From assembly GCF_009914755.1 (NCBI RefSeq), contig NC_060939.1: DNA of 64,000 nt. One strand, given 5' to 3'. The translations under genes and the position numbers were made by a program. This DNA is from the human T2T-CHM13v2.0 reference genome, Homo sapiens. Shown here piece after piece: positions 48,751-62,771 of the stretch; position 1 is the first letter of the stretch, and each line of letters begins with the position of its first letter. The notes below the pieces were generated by a model. The model ran no database searches and was not told the DNA's origin. It was given only the letters and a program-made list of their open reading frames with translations.

Positions 48751-49568
48751 GGTGTGTCAGAGGAAAAAGACCACAAACTCACAGTTTTTTCTATTCTCTG
48801 AACAAGCAAGCAATCAGTTCTGCTGCAGACACCGGCTGGGTGTCCTCTAATTCAATTCCAACACTGTCTGCCTGGAGATAGCATCAGATCCCACAGGTTC
48901 AGGGCTCAGTCCCCAAAACCACGCTCCCTTCAGACACCAGTTGCATATCCAGGCCTCCTGAACTTCAGACTGACCAACTTCAAGTTGGGGTTCCCACAAC
49001 CCTGCTTTGGGGTTCAATTAATTTGCTGGAGTGGCTCACAGAACTCAGGGAAACACATTTGCTGGTTTATTATAAAGTGTATTATAAAGGATACAGATGC
49101 AGAGATTCATAAGGCGAGGTGTGGTGGAAGCGAGATACAGATGCAGAGATTCATAAGGCGAGGTGTGGTGGAAGCGACACAGAGCTTTCATGTCCTCTCT
49201 GGTGTGCCACCCTCCAAGAACCTCCACACGGTCCACTATTGAGAAGCTTCCCAAACTCTGTCCTCTTGAATCTTTTATGGAGACTTCATTACATAGGCAT
49301 GATTGATTAAACCTTTGGCCATTGGCTGTCAACTTAATCTTGAGCCTCCTCTCCTTCCGAGAGGTTAGGGGTAGTAATCAAAGACCCAACCCTGTAATCC
49401 TGCCATGGGCTTTCTGGAGACCAGCCCCATCCTGAAGCTGCCTAGGGACTGCTAGCTTTCAGTCAGTCATCATGTACAAAAAGACATCTCTTTGGAGATT
49501 CTAAGGTTTTAGGAATTGTTTGCCAGGAAACAGAGATGAAGATCAAATATATATTTCACAGTATCACA
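48751..49568 (-). mobile_element. MER21-family LTR inserted in L1, with an internal 44-bp tandem duplication
   Basis: cctggagatagcatcagatcccacaggtt, ggctcacagaactcagggaaacac, tatatttcacagtatcaca; 5-bp TSD gaaat. Confidence 0.8.
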
Positions 49569-50184
49569 GAAATACATCCAAGTACACATGGATCTTGTAA
49601 TAGTCTTGTAACAGTAAGGAATTTGCAGCAAGTGCCTATCAATAGGGCATTGCATCAAGCAGCAGGACATTGTATAGCCACTGAAAAGAATGAGGATATC
49701 CAGGATGTGCTAGAAAACAAAAGCAAGAATAAAAGATAATTCTTTCATCCAACAAGTATTTCTTATGCCAGACATTGTGCTAGATACTGAAAATTTAAGA
49801 ATGAAAATAGGCATGATGCTGGGCCTTGTAGAGCATATAATATAGAATCCTATTAATACATTTTATTAAAAATTTAAAAATGAGTATAAAAATACATATG
49901 AATATACATAATGTCTGGAAAATAAATTGTTAGCTAAAGATAATTGTTTAGCCTAACACTAAATTGTTAAAAGTGACTATTTTGGGAGCTAGGATTATGG
50001 GGGGACTTTCTGCTTTATACACAATTATTTGCATTTTTCAAAAAAATAGGCATGCATTATTTATGTAATCAGACAAAACCATAATCTAAGCACTTTCATG
50101 ATTTCTCTTTGTCCTTGGTAGAAAGTGGATATTATTCAAGGTCTTTTGTAATCTGATCCCAACCACTTTTTTCTGTCTCCCACC

Positions 50185-51207
<1,023 letters not shown>

Positions 51208-51664
51208 CACCATTCCCAACCCTCCTTTCTCAGACATTCTCAAACACATCCGTGAGGTCTCCTCTACTGAGATGCACGTTGACTCTCAACCTCCACATTT
51301 TAGTTCTTGTTTTTAGCTCCAACCAGAAAATGTCCTATTCCTCCTTCAAGATCCTGCTCAAATGTCACTTCCTTTGGGAAGTCTTTCCTGATTAGGCCCA
51401 GAAAAGCAAATAACCTTTTCCACTGTGATCTCTTTACACTTTCCTTTAAAATCAAGGAACAATTTACATACAATAAAACGCACAGATTCAAAGTGTACAG
51501 CTGGATGAATTTTACCAAATGTGTACACTTGTGTAAGCTCCACCCCAATCAAGATATAAAACATTTCCTTCCCTGCTGGTTCCGTCTCCCTTCCAGATCA
51601 TCCACAGGGGCAACCGCTAGTTCCCACTTCTATTGCCATAGATCAGTTTCATTTGTTGTTGTGG

Positions 51665-51968
<304 letters not shown>

Positions 51969-52115
51969 AGTTTCACTTGTTTTTGAACTTCATATACGTA
52001 GAGTAACACAAAATGTACTCTTTTGTGTCTGGCGTCTTTCACTCAACATAATTTTCTGAGATATCCTCTATATTTTTGTATATATCAAGAATTTGCTATT
52101 TTTATTGCTGAATAG

Positions 52116-52853
<738 letters not shown>

Positions 52854-53910
52854 TAGCAGACAGGAGTAGTTCATTAAATCTTTACTTTTGAATAAGGAGG
52901 TATGAGAAAAAGTTAGTTGGAAGTTAGTTTGAATAATAGAAGGGGGTTAATCCAGATTTTGTCCATTGATTAAAAAGGAGTGATAAGCTCCTGGGCTGCA
53001 CTGCTTAGTGGCTGTGTGCTCCTCCATGGAAAGGATGTACCATATTCAGGAACACTTTTCAAATGGTTATGTGTTGAGTGGTTGAGGGGAGACACTAGAT
53101 GCATGAGATCTGTTGTTGGATATCCAGGTAGCTTCGGAAACTAGTTTCAGCATATGAAGGAACTGGTTATGTTACCTATGTCACTAGAAAGTTCTTTGCT
53201 TCTTCCAGAGAAAGCCATTTGACTATGTCATCATCAACAAAGTTGCTATATAGGTCTCAGTCTGCCCTTGACCCCATGGGCCCTGTGTTTTGTTGTCTTC
53301 ATTGCTGGTCATTAAAAGTTAATATTTGAAATGAGTGAACCCAAGCAGAAATAATGACTTTGACTTACAATACTGAGAGGTCATAGCCAACCATGCGAAT
53401 AGAGCATGCTCCTTTCTGGCCTCCCACCCACAGGGCGAGTCCAAGGGAAGTATGGACTCGCCCTATGGGTGGGAGCCCAGGAAGGTGCATTAGACCAGCC
53501 TTTGCTGAGCTTCTTCTCTAGAGGGACCAGGAGGAGGTAAGCTCTCAGTGGAAATTCCAGGATGGGACTGAGTATCGTTTGGCTGTGTGTGGGATGGAGG
53601 TGGTGGTGGGAGGGACTTCTTTTTTTTTTTTTTTTTTAACAGATTTTTTGAGGTATAATTGACATAAGATAAATGGCACATATTTAAAATATAACATTAG
53701 AATCATGTTCACATATGTGGAGAAACCATCACTGCAATCAAGATAATGAACATATGGATCACCTTAACCATTTCTTATACACTTTTGTAATCCCTCCATT
53801 CCCCACCCCACCTCATCCCTAGGTGAGGCAATCTGCTTTCTGTCATTAGCACTGATCTGCTTTCTGTCATTAGACTGTACAGCATTAAGAAATTTGTATT
53901 AAATGGAATA

Positions 53911-55080
53911 CAGTCATGTGCCACATAACATTTTAGTCAATGATGTATGGCATATACAACAGTGTTCCCATAGATTATAATGAAGCTGAAAAATTCCTAT
54001 TGCCTAGTTACATCATAGCCATCGTAAAATCCTAGTGCAGTGCGTTACTCAGATGTTTGTGGTGATGCTGATGTAAACAAACCTACCACACTGCCAGTTA
54101 TATAAAAGTATATAGCATATACAATTATGTTATATACTATAAATGTATATGCTGTACAATTATATAGCATAATTGTATATGCTATATACTTTTATATGCT
54201 AAAACGACTCTGTTATGGTTTATGAATTTACTACACTGTACTTTTTATTGGTATTTTAGAGTGTATTCCTACTTAGAAAAAAAAAGTTAACCCTAAAACA
54301 GCCTCACGCAGGTCCTTCAGGAGGTATTCCAGAAGGCGTTGCTATTCATAGATGACAGCTCCGTGCATGTTATTGTCCCTGAAGACCTTCCAGTGGGACA
54401 AGATGTGGAGGTGGAAGACAGTGATACTGATGATCCTGACCCTGTGTAGGCCTAGGCTAATATGCATATTTGTGTCTTAGTTTTAAACAAAAAAGTTTAA
54501 AAAAAAATTTAAAGGCTTATAGAAAAAGGATATAAAGACAGAAAATAACTTGTACGGCTGTACAGTATGTTTGTTTAAAGCTAGGTGCTATTATAAGAGT
54601 CCAAAAGTTAAAAAAATTGAAAGTTTATGAAGTAAAAATGTTAGAGTAAATTTATTATTGAAGAAAGAAAAGTTTTCAATCAATGTGTAGCATAAGTGTA
54701 CAGCATTTTTTAGAGTCTACAGTAGTGTATAGTAATGTCCTAGGCCTCATACTCCCTCCACTCACTCACTCACCCAGAGCAACTTCCAGTCCTGCAAGCT
54801 CCATTCATGGTGGACCATTTTTAATCTTTATAACATTTTTACTGTAATTTTTCTATGTTTAGATACACCAATACCATTGTGTTACAATGGCCTATAGTAT
54901 TCAGTACAGTAACATGTTGTACAGCTTTGTAGCCTAGGAGCAATAGGCTGTACCATCTAGCCTAGGTGTGTAGCAGGCTGTACTATGCAGGTTTGTTCAC
55001 ACGACGATGAAATCTAATGATGAATTTCCCAGAATGTATCCCTGTTGTTAAGGGATACATTGTTAAGCGGTGTGTGACTA
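53911..55080 (+). mobile_element. Tigger3b-like (MER7/Golem) non-autonomous DNA transposon, ~1.17 kb
   Basis: TA|cagtcatgtgccacataac left TIR and ttaagcggtgtgtgact right TIR; internal gaagaccttccagtgggacaagatgtggaggtggaagacagtgata. Confidence 0.85.
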
Positions 55081-55166
55081 TATGTATATATATATATATA
55101 TATGCACTATATAGAGAGACACACTATTTTGTGTGTGTCTCTGTGAGTGTGTGTGTGTGTGTGTGT
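55081..55166. repeat. (TA)n and (TG)n microsatellites
   Basis: Direct reading. Confidence 0.9.
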
Positions 55167-55450
55167 TTATTCCTTCTCTCCAGTTCAGCCTTAGGAAAAG
55201 GGAAAGCTTGTGAACGTGTCCTCGGGAACTTGGTTTGCTGAATTAACAGGTGAAGGTAACATCTCAAGAGCTCAGTAGACCCTTCTGCCCAAATGCAGTT
55301 GGCAGTCCTTGGTCAGGCTTCACCTGAGTGGAGGCCAGGGATTAGAGCTACCAAGCAGATTGCAGGTGGGAGGTTGTGGTTGACTTTTTGGAAGTCATTA
55401 GTACAAATGCTTTTAGTGCCTTTAGCCCCTGGGGTTTTACAAGGTCACCG

Positions 55451-55821
55451 CGTGATTGGGATAAGCACGGTAAACTCTACGACCAGAAGGTGTTTCCATG
55501 CCACGTGATTGGGATAAGCACGGTAAACTCTAAGACCAGAAGGTGTTTCCATGCCACGTGATTGGGATAAGCACGGTAAACTCTACAACCAGAAGGTGTT
55601 TCCATGCCACGTGATTGGGATAAGCACGGTAAACTCTAAGACCAGAAGGTGTTTCCATGCCACGTGATTGGGATAAGCACGGTAAACTCTAAGACCAGAA
55701 GGTGTTTCCATGCCACGTGATTGGGATAAGCACGGTAAACTCTAAGACCAGAAGGTGTTTCCATGCCACGTGATTGGGATAAGCACGGTAAACTCTACAA
55801 CCAGAAGGTGTTTCCATGTCA
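55451..55821. repeat. 53-bp minisatellite/VNTR, 7 copies
   Basis: Unit cgtgattgggataagcacggtaaactcta(cg/ag/ca)accagaaggtgtttccatgcca starting at 55451, 55504, 55557, 55610, 55663, 55716 and 55769. Confidence 0.98.
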
Positions 55822-56129
55822 CTGGGGCTGTGGAGTGTGGCCCTAGCACTGTCACTAAAAATCCGAGGGCTGTGGGAGCTCTGGGAGCTTGGCTTAGCCA
55901 GAGCCACCTCCTCTTTCCCACTTGGAGGCTAGGGGCAATCCTGCGCCTGACCCTGGGTTGTGCAATGGAGTGAAGGGGACTTAGGGCGGTCAAGAGCCAG
56001 AGGCATTGCCGAATTCCTGGGTGGCTTGCAGTCATCATGATACGCTGACCTGGTTGCAATCATTTTTATGGTGAATTATTCAATACAGCAAAGTAATCTG
56101 GCCCTTATCTCTGCCCAGTCATTCTATAA

Positions 56130-56715
56130 TGAAGAGGCACGGGGTGGAGCCCGGGGACACCCTCGGTGGCATTGTCGGGCCACATACCTTTCCCCTCACA
56201 TCCTGCGACAGCTGAATCCGAGCCCGAGGACCACGTGCGGGGCGGTCTCCAGTGTGGATGGCAGCCCGGCTGGAACGCACTGGCAGGTGGTCCCTGTGCC
56301 CCAGAGGCCCCGTTTCCTTCCGGAAGCGAGGCTGCAACTGCTCCAGATACCCAGCAGGAAGGCCACGTGACAACGGGAGGGGCACTCCTGTGTGTGTAGG
56401 GGCGAGGGGGTGGCGGTGCCAGGGTCCTGCAGTTCACCAGGTGCCCACGTGCCTGCCACCCGAGCGCCATTCACTCCCGACCGCGGGGACCTGGGGCACA
56501 GCCGGGCCCACTGCGGCGAGGCGAGGAGATGTGGGGAGAGGAAGAGCGGCGTCCACGATGTGCTCATTTAGGCTTGATTTTCCTCCTGCCCTCCTGTCTC
56601 CCTCCCTGGCTTCACCCACAAGGCTTTCTTCTCGGGCTGATTTCTGTGGGAGCTCTCTAGGCAGAACCCTCAGTCTCTGAAAGTCGGGTTCGTCGTCCGG
56701 GTCTGCGCAGGGCAT
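56130..56715. promoter_or_regulatory. CpG-rich patch (orphan CpG island-like), candidate enhancer at the CA12 3' end
   Basis: High GC and retained CpGs in non-repeat DNA; CACGTG at 56232, 56364 and 56446. Confidence 0.55.
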
Positions 56716-57175
56716 GGATCTTGAGCGCTTGGAATGTGACTTAACTGAGAAACGCTACTTTATTTTAATAAGTTTACATCTAAAAGCCGATCATTGATTC
56801 CATTATTTGGAAAACAACTTCTAAGTGTGTTTGGAGCAACTCGGATATTGGAATCTTTTAAACTGTAAATTTTATGAAATCTAAATAACGACCAAATATC
56901 TACAAGGAAAATCTAGCATCTGAATCGAGTGTGCTGTCAGTGTAAAACACACACCAGATTTCAAAGATTTACTGCAGAAAAAAACACATGAAAATACTGG
57001 TTACATGTGGAAATGATAGTATTTTAGATCTGTTGGATTATCTAAAATTAAATTTAAATTAATGTCACTGGTTTTTTTTTTTTTACCTTTTTCTAGTGTG
57101 GCTACCGGAAAGTTTAAATTTCATACGTGTCTCATGTTATATTTTATTACATTTCTCTCGGCCTGTGTGCTCTAG
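56715..57175. mobile_element. Charlie1/MER33-like hAT remnant
   Basis: gagcgcttggaatgtgact...; gtgtggctaccggaaagtttaaatttcatacgtgtctcatgttatattt...ctctaga. Confidence 0.6.
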
Positions 57176-58204
57176 ATGGTTGATTTGGCTGGATTGAGAT
57201 GAGGTGATGGCCATCCTAAAGGAGGGCCTGAGTTCCCTCTGCCGACCTATGGCTCTCACTGCTATGCCTCCCTGATCATTCAGCCAGTGGATGTGGAATT
57301 CAGGGAGATGAGAGATGCTCATTTCCTGCTCCAGGAGTGCTCTCCCCAGTGGGGTGGGAGCAAGTCCAAGGAGTGAGTGCTTCGTGGGAACTCTGGCTTC
57401 CCGGCTGTCTTCATGCCTGTGCGTGGCCATGACACCTGGCAGGATGCCAGAGCAGGGAGAGCAGAAGCATCCTGTGTTCTAGCAGAGTACAGACCATCAG
57501 AAATGTTTCAATTCCAAAGCTGGGCCAGGTACTGTCACCCACTGGAGCCAAAGTACCCTTGAACAGTTCACCTCTCTCAGGCTTAGGGTGATTATAGTGA
57601 AAATTGGATGCTTTTCTAAATAAGGCAAACAATGATGGTACCTATTTTATAACCTTTACTGGACTGCCTCTTTTTGCCCCAGTCAGAATGTGAAGTCTGG
57701 ATTTAGACAAAAGATTATTTGGACGGGTGATAGTATGTTTTGCAAAAAGAATTCAAAATAAGGTAACAGGCAACCAAGAGGGGCTGCCCACCTACTAGGT
57801 TTAATACTCTCAGGAGTAAAGAGACATAGGACCTGTTCCCTGTATCATGTCCCCTTGGTTGGGAACACCTCCCTCTTTTCCATCCATCTGTTCAAATCTG
57901 AGCTATTTGTTCAAGGTGCAGCTCCGATCCCACCTCCTCCAGGGTCTTTATTTAATTCCTCTAGGCTTCCCAGCACCATTAAGCAGCTTCGCGACCTGCA
58001 GCCACACATGCCATAGGCCTCCATCCTCAGGAAAGTGATTGAGTCTATCAGCTTATTTTCCTTTGGAGCCAGGTTCTAAGAAGTGGATGCGAGTGACATT
58101 ATTATTCTGATTAGTTACCTATCCCCATAACAGGGAGCTACAGAGTGCTTTGCAAATAGTAATGCTTTAACCTCGCCTCCAAAAAAAAAAAAAGAACAGC
58201 CTGA

Positions 58205-60958
58205 TGTGAAAAACATTTATAATTTCTTGTAGTTACAGTGTGTATCTTCATTATAATCATTCTTACAATAAATACAGAAGTGCTAAACAGACCATTATCA
58301 CAGTGGCCTGTGGGCTGAGGCACAGGAACTGAGGGGTGCTGCAGACACCAGTGCTTCTCCAGGGCTGGCCAGGACACCTTCAGAGAGGCTAGTGAAGAGG
58401 AGAGGAATGTAGGGTGAATTTGAAATGTGATTAATAGAGTCAATGCAGCACATGCTAGAAACAGATACAGAGTTTTTTGTTGTTTTTTAACTATTTTACC
58501 AGATGATACTAACTAAACAAACAGAACAAAGAAAGAGATTCAAGATCTCACATGAGTGAGAATCCAGGGCCTTCCCCTCTGGCCCTGGCCCCAGCCTGGG
58601 CCTTGTTTTTGCTATTTCCACCTAGGCATCTGCCATGCAGCAGAGTTAGGAGCGTGTGGGCGGCTGCTGAGACTCACACACCACAGTACTGGCATCCTTC
58701 AGGGGCAGCTGGCATCAGTGGAATGAGTGCGGATCCGAAGAAAGGTTTCCCAGTTCCAAAGCTGGACCCACAGGAATCCTGTGAGGATTTGCAAAGACAT
58801 TGATAGTGTTGGTTCTTGGAGCATCTTTCTGCCTCCCGGGCTTTGTCTGGTCTCAGCCTCGGGGCTGCAATCCAGGGCTGTGCTGAGCAGCAAGAGGAGA
58901 GGAGAAATGCCACTGTCTTGCACCTCCCAGTAAGTCTCCCTTTTCATGAAGAGCCCTTGTGCCAGGTACAATGGTCTCTCTGTTCTCTCACAAAACTCAT
59001 CCACAAAAGATATACAGAGTCTTTTGACAGACAGTCCCACTGCTCTGGAGTCCTTTATGTTCATTTCTGATTGACAATTTTGGACCAAGGCCAAGAGGCC
59101 CCCTAATTCATGTTGCTTCGTCATGAGGGTTGTCCTTGTCATCTGATGATGCATGAGGCATGCTAATGGCAAGGCCGGGATGCCACCCCAGGCTTCGAGG
59201 CTGTTAGAGGTCTTGAGTGCACACACACACACAAACACACAGAGAGACACACACACATTTGAGCTCCCATTAGGTCACTTGTAACTTTGCCTAGCAAAAC
59301 AGGCTCCCAAGACATAAGGCTTGCCATCGTTGTGAAAAGTTGTGATGGTACAGAATAATTTTTTTTTTTTTTTTTTTTTTGAGATGGAGTCTCGCTCTGT
59401 CACCCAGGCTAGAGTGCAGTGGCATGACCTTGGCTTACTGCAACCTCCGCCTCCTGGGTTCAAGCGATTCCAGAAGAGAGAATTCTTAGAGTCAGAGGGA
59501 GGAGTAGAAGGAAAAAGATATTTAAAAAGCTATGCTTCAAGAGGACATTTCATGCTGTCAAAATGAGACTGTGAATCAGAAAGTTCTCGGGGAACTGCAA
59601 GGTGCTCTCAACTAGGGGTCGGTTCCTTCTCAGTCATGGCACTGACTCATCTCCACAGGGTTCTCACCTGCGGGAGGAAAATGGAGGAGTTGCGCCTGTC
59701 AGAAACTGTCTGTGTGATTCGGGGAAGAATATGGAGTATCTTAGTAGCATTCCATTATTACTTGCCCCTAAATACATGATGCCAGCCCCCTGCACAGATA
59801 ACCTCCTGCTTTTATAGCTTGAAATATATTTGATCTAAACCACGATTTGACATCTTCAGAGAGAGAGAAGTAGATAAAAGTCTCCATTCCAGGTTGGCAG
59901 TAGGGATCCTGCAGAAGTGGCTGAAATGAAATTTGGCCTACAGAGAATAAGTTCTACAGTCATTTTGTTTCTGCCTATTTCCTCCAGATTCAAAGGCAGA
60001 TTGGGTCATCTCGGAACTCATGTCTCCTCCAGGACACAGCAACAACACATTTTCAAGGAACAGCCTCATTATTTGTAAAATCTGTAGAGTATAAAACATA
60101 ACTGCTCCACTGACAGGAGGTTGGATTTGGACTTAATATTGTATTATTCTGTCCTTACATTATGGCTTGATAAACAGAATGTGATTCCAATTCTGATTCC
60201 AAAGTGAGACTCTCCCAGATCATCCATGTCTTCTCATTCTCTTTGTCCCTCTAGCTCTCTCTCCCTTCTCATCCCCACCAAGAAGTGGAACTTGAACCTG
60301 CCATTCCCTAAGGTCTGTGCAGTGTCTGTGATCCAGAGGACAGGACTGTGAAAGTGTCCCTAATATATCACAATGTATATCTCTTGTTTTCTTTTTCTCT
60401 CTACAACTTGATCCTTCCTGTCCCCATTTGTCCCCGAGTTGTAAGGTGCAGATTAAAGGTTTTGTCATAGCAGAAGGAAATCAGAGGGAGATGCCCCGTC
60501 TCCAGAGGAAAGAAGTTGAGTTTCCCAAGCAAAACCTAAGCAGAGAGTGCACATTCTTGTCTGAAAGCTTGGAGAAGCAGCAGACTTTCCAGGACACTTG
60601 AAAGCACGCTCTGGCAAAGCCCCGGATGAAAGTGTTTTCCAACCATTAATGGCCCACCAGCATGGCTTGGTTTGTGATTCCAGAATTCAGACCACTTCAC
60701 AATCTCACACAGTTACAGCAAGCAGCTTTGAATTCCTGCTGCTTGGTCTGAGAGTGCATCCCATCCATCGATCGGATGGCTCTGGGGTGGCCATGGTCCC
60801 AAGGCAAGGAGGCACCCAGCAGAGGATCCCTGAGGCCTGGCATGTTTGCAGATTGAGCTACAGAGAACACCTTGAGGTGTCGCAAGTGTCCAGAGAGCCG
60901 AAGTGTGTAGGGTCCAAAGCAAGGTCCTTCCTGGATGTGCCCGGGAGCTCCGGGGACC
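58205..60958 (-). other. CA12: CA12 3'UTR (possibly extending to ~56050 in long isoforms)
   Basis: Follows the CA12 stop on the - strand. Candidate signals on -: TATAAA 58216-58221 (followed by a U-tract), AATAAA 56759-56764 and CATAAA 56065-56070. The exact end cannot be read from sequence. Confidence 0.65.
59359..59470 (-). mobile_element. 5'-truncated Alu (3' ~90 nt plus A22 tail) in the CA12 3'UTR
   Basis: T22 then gagatggagtctcgctctgtcacccagg...caagcgattc, ending abruptly. Confidence 0.9.
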
Positions 60959-61120
<162 letters not shown>

Positions 61121-61822
61121 TTAAAAGTTGGATTCCTCTCTTTGGGACCTTTCCCCAATTCTGTTGGTCTTGGGAGGGAGTGTCACCAAATAAAGCTTTA
61201 ACAAAAACAGAACTTGTTCGTTTTCCAACTGTTCTCTTTCACACCTAACAGTAGTAGACCTATATTTTGAAAGAGGTCTCGTTGTCACCCCCCTCTTCAA
61301 ACCTCTGATTCCATAACAGGGTTCCCAGAAACCTTTTTATTTTTCATACCCCCCCCAAATAAATTAGGTTTTAGGAAAAGCCAAATGTCACAATAAAAAC
61401 ATGGACAAAGGGCATGAAGAGTTAATGTGAGTGAGAGATCAGGTTTTCCTTCATCTTTCTTTTTGAATTCATAGACCAAAAAGCATATGTAAAGATCTTG
61501 ATAAGAAGACAGCCTGGCTGCTTAACTTCAGGCACAAGCCCCAAGTCAAGAGACTCGTCCAAGGCCATGCAATAGCAGCAAGCAAGGCACACACGCTTCC
61601 AAATCTGAGCACAGTGACCCCTGAACCCTTTGAACGACCAGGGTCACATGTGCGTCTCATGCAAAGGAGGCCAGGGCACGGGTGCTTTGGGGACGGCCCT
61701 CCTAGGGTAAGTGGTGGTCCAGGTGACTGCGGCTCTTCATGCCACAAAGCTGCCTTCCCAGGCAGACTAATCATCATGGACACATAGCTGTCCATTCCCA
61801 TTTTGGACCCAAACCAGCTCAC

Positions 61823-61907
61823 CTCTTCCTTCTGAAAAGCCAAATGGACACCACCACCACAATACAGATGCCAAGAATGCCAGCCAGGGCCAGTGAGAGG
61901 ATGATGC
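61823..61907 (-). CDS. CA12: CA12 transmembrane exon (85 nt; [29 protein letters not shown])
   Basis: Minus-strand ttcaccag|GC acceptor and AG|gtgagc donor; hydrophobic helix followed by a basic stop-transfer; phase matches the last exon. Confidence 0.96.
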
Positions 61908-62119
61908 CTGGTGAAGAGGTAGAGGGCACACATTACATTCCTTCCTTCCCCTCCATCTTAGCCCATGGCCCCCGGGTGTGAAATCATGGCCCAGCTGCAT
62001 AATCATCCACAGAAAGGAATAATTTCCCCATCCCTGTTCTCAGATTCTGGTCTTTGGCTTAGTGGGACTGGCTGGAGTATTTTGAGGTGGCCGTTTGCAA
62101 ATTCTAGTGGTTTTCCAGC

Positions 62120-62312
62120 AGATGCTCTCAAACTTACACAAGGGTCATCTGAAGAGCTTGTTTAAAATGTAGGGTTTTTTTTTTTTTTTTAGCCCAACCC
62201 CCAGAGATTCAAAGTCAATCTGTTTGGTGCAGGGCCCGGGAATCTGCATTTTGCCAAATACTTACAGCTGATACTGATGCACGTGGTCCAAGAACCACAC
62301 TTTGATAAGCCC
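62120..62312. mobile_element. MER5A
   Basis: ctctcaaactt...cagggcccgggaatctgcatttt...actgatgc...gaaccacactttga. Confidence 0.75.
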
Positions 62313-62771
62313 TGGGCTACACAAATAAGAACTTACTCTGTCTTTGCCTGCTGGATTTAAGGCCCATTGGCTGTCTCCATCAGTTTTGCCCCCAAGTTCC
62401 ATTGCACAGTCCTAAGCAGTCCCAGATGACCAGTAGTCCATTGCCAAGGTCATGCGGCCTGTCAGCTGACCTCCACAATGGGCTCTGGTATGTTTTCAGC
62501 AACAGCCTCCCACCATGACCAAAAGAAAGTCTTAGATAGGTTCTTTGAATACACACATGCTGTAGAGTGATTGGATCTTTCATTAGAGGAACATTTGATT
62601 GGCAGTTCATCTTTGAATCACAGAGCGACTTGAGGGTAAGACCCATAGCAAGGAGAGGGCCAGGAGCCAGAGCAATAGTACAGAGAAGCAGAGAGGACGG
62701 GCTTGGATCACACCAAGAATCACAGTGATCACCCAGCTGCAGCATGCACGGCTGGCTGCCCAGCCACATAC

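Noticed and set aside
53831-53873. 19-bp direct repeat atctgctttctgtcattag
   Set aside because: Real, but a trivial local duplication in an L1 remnant with no functional cue.
55451-55821. CRISPR-like array
   Set aside because: Units are contiguous and near-identical with no unique spacers, there are no cas genes, and the context is primate. It is a minisatellite.
56156-56172. Possible CTCF site (accctcggtggca)
   Set aside because: Three mismatches to the core consensus; not supportable without ChIP data.
56068-56715. Cluster of overlapping 77-142-aa ORFs on both strands
   Set aside because: Expected in GC-rich DNA; no recognisable protein family or splice structure.
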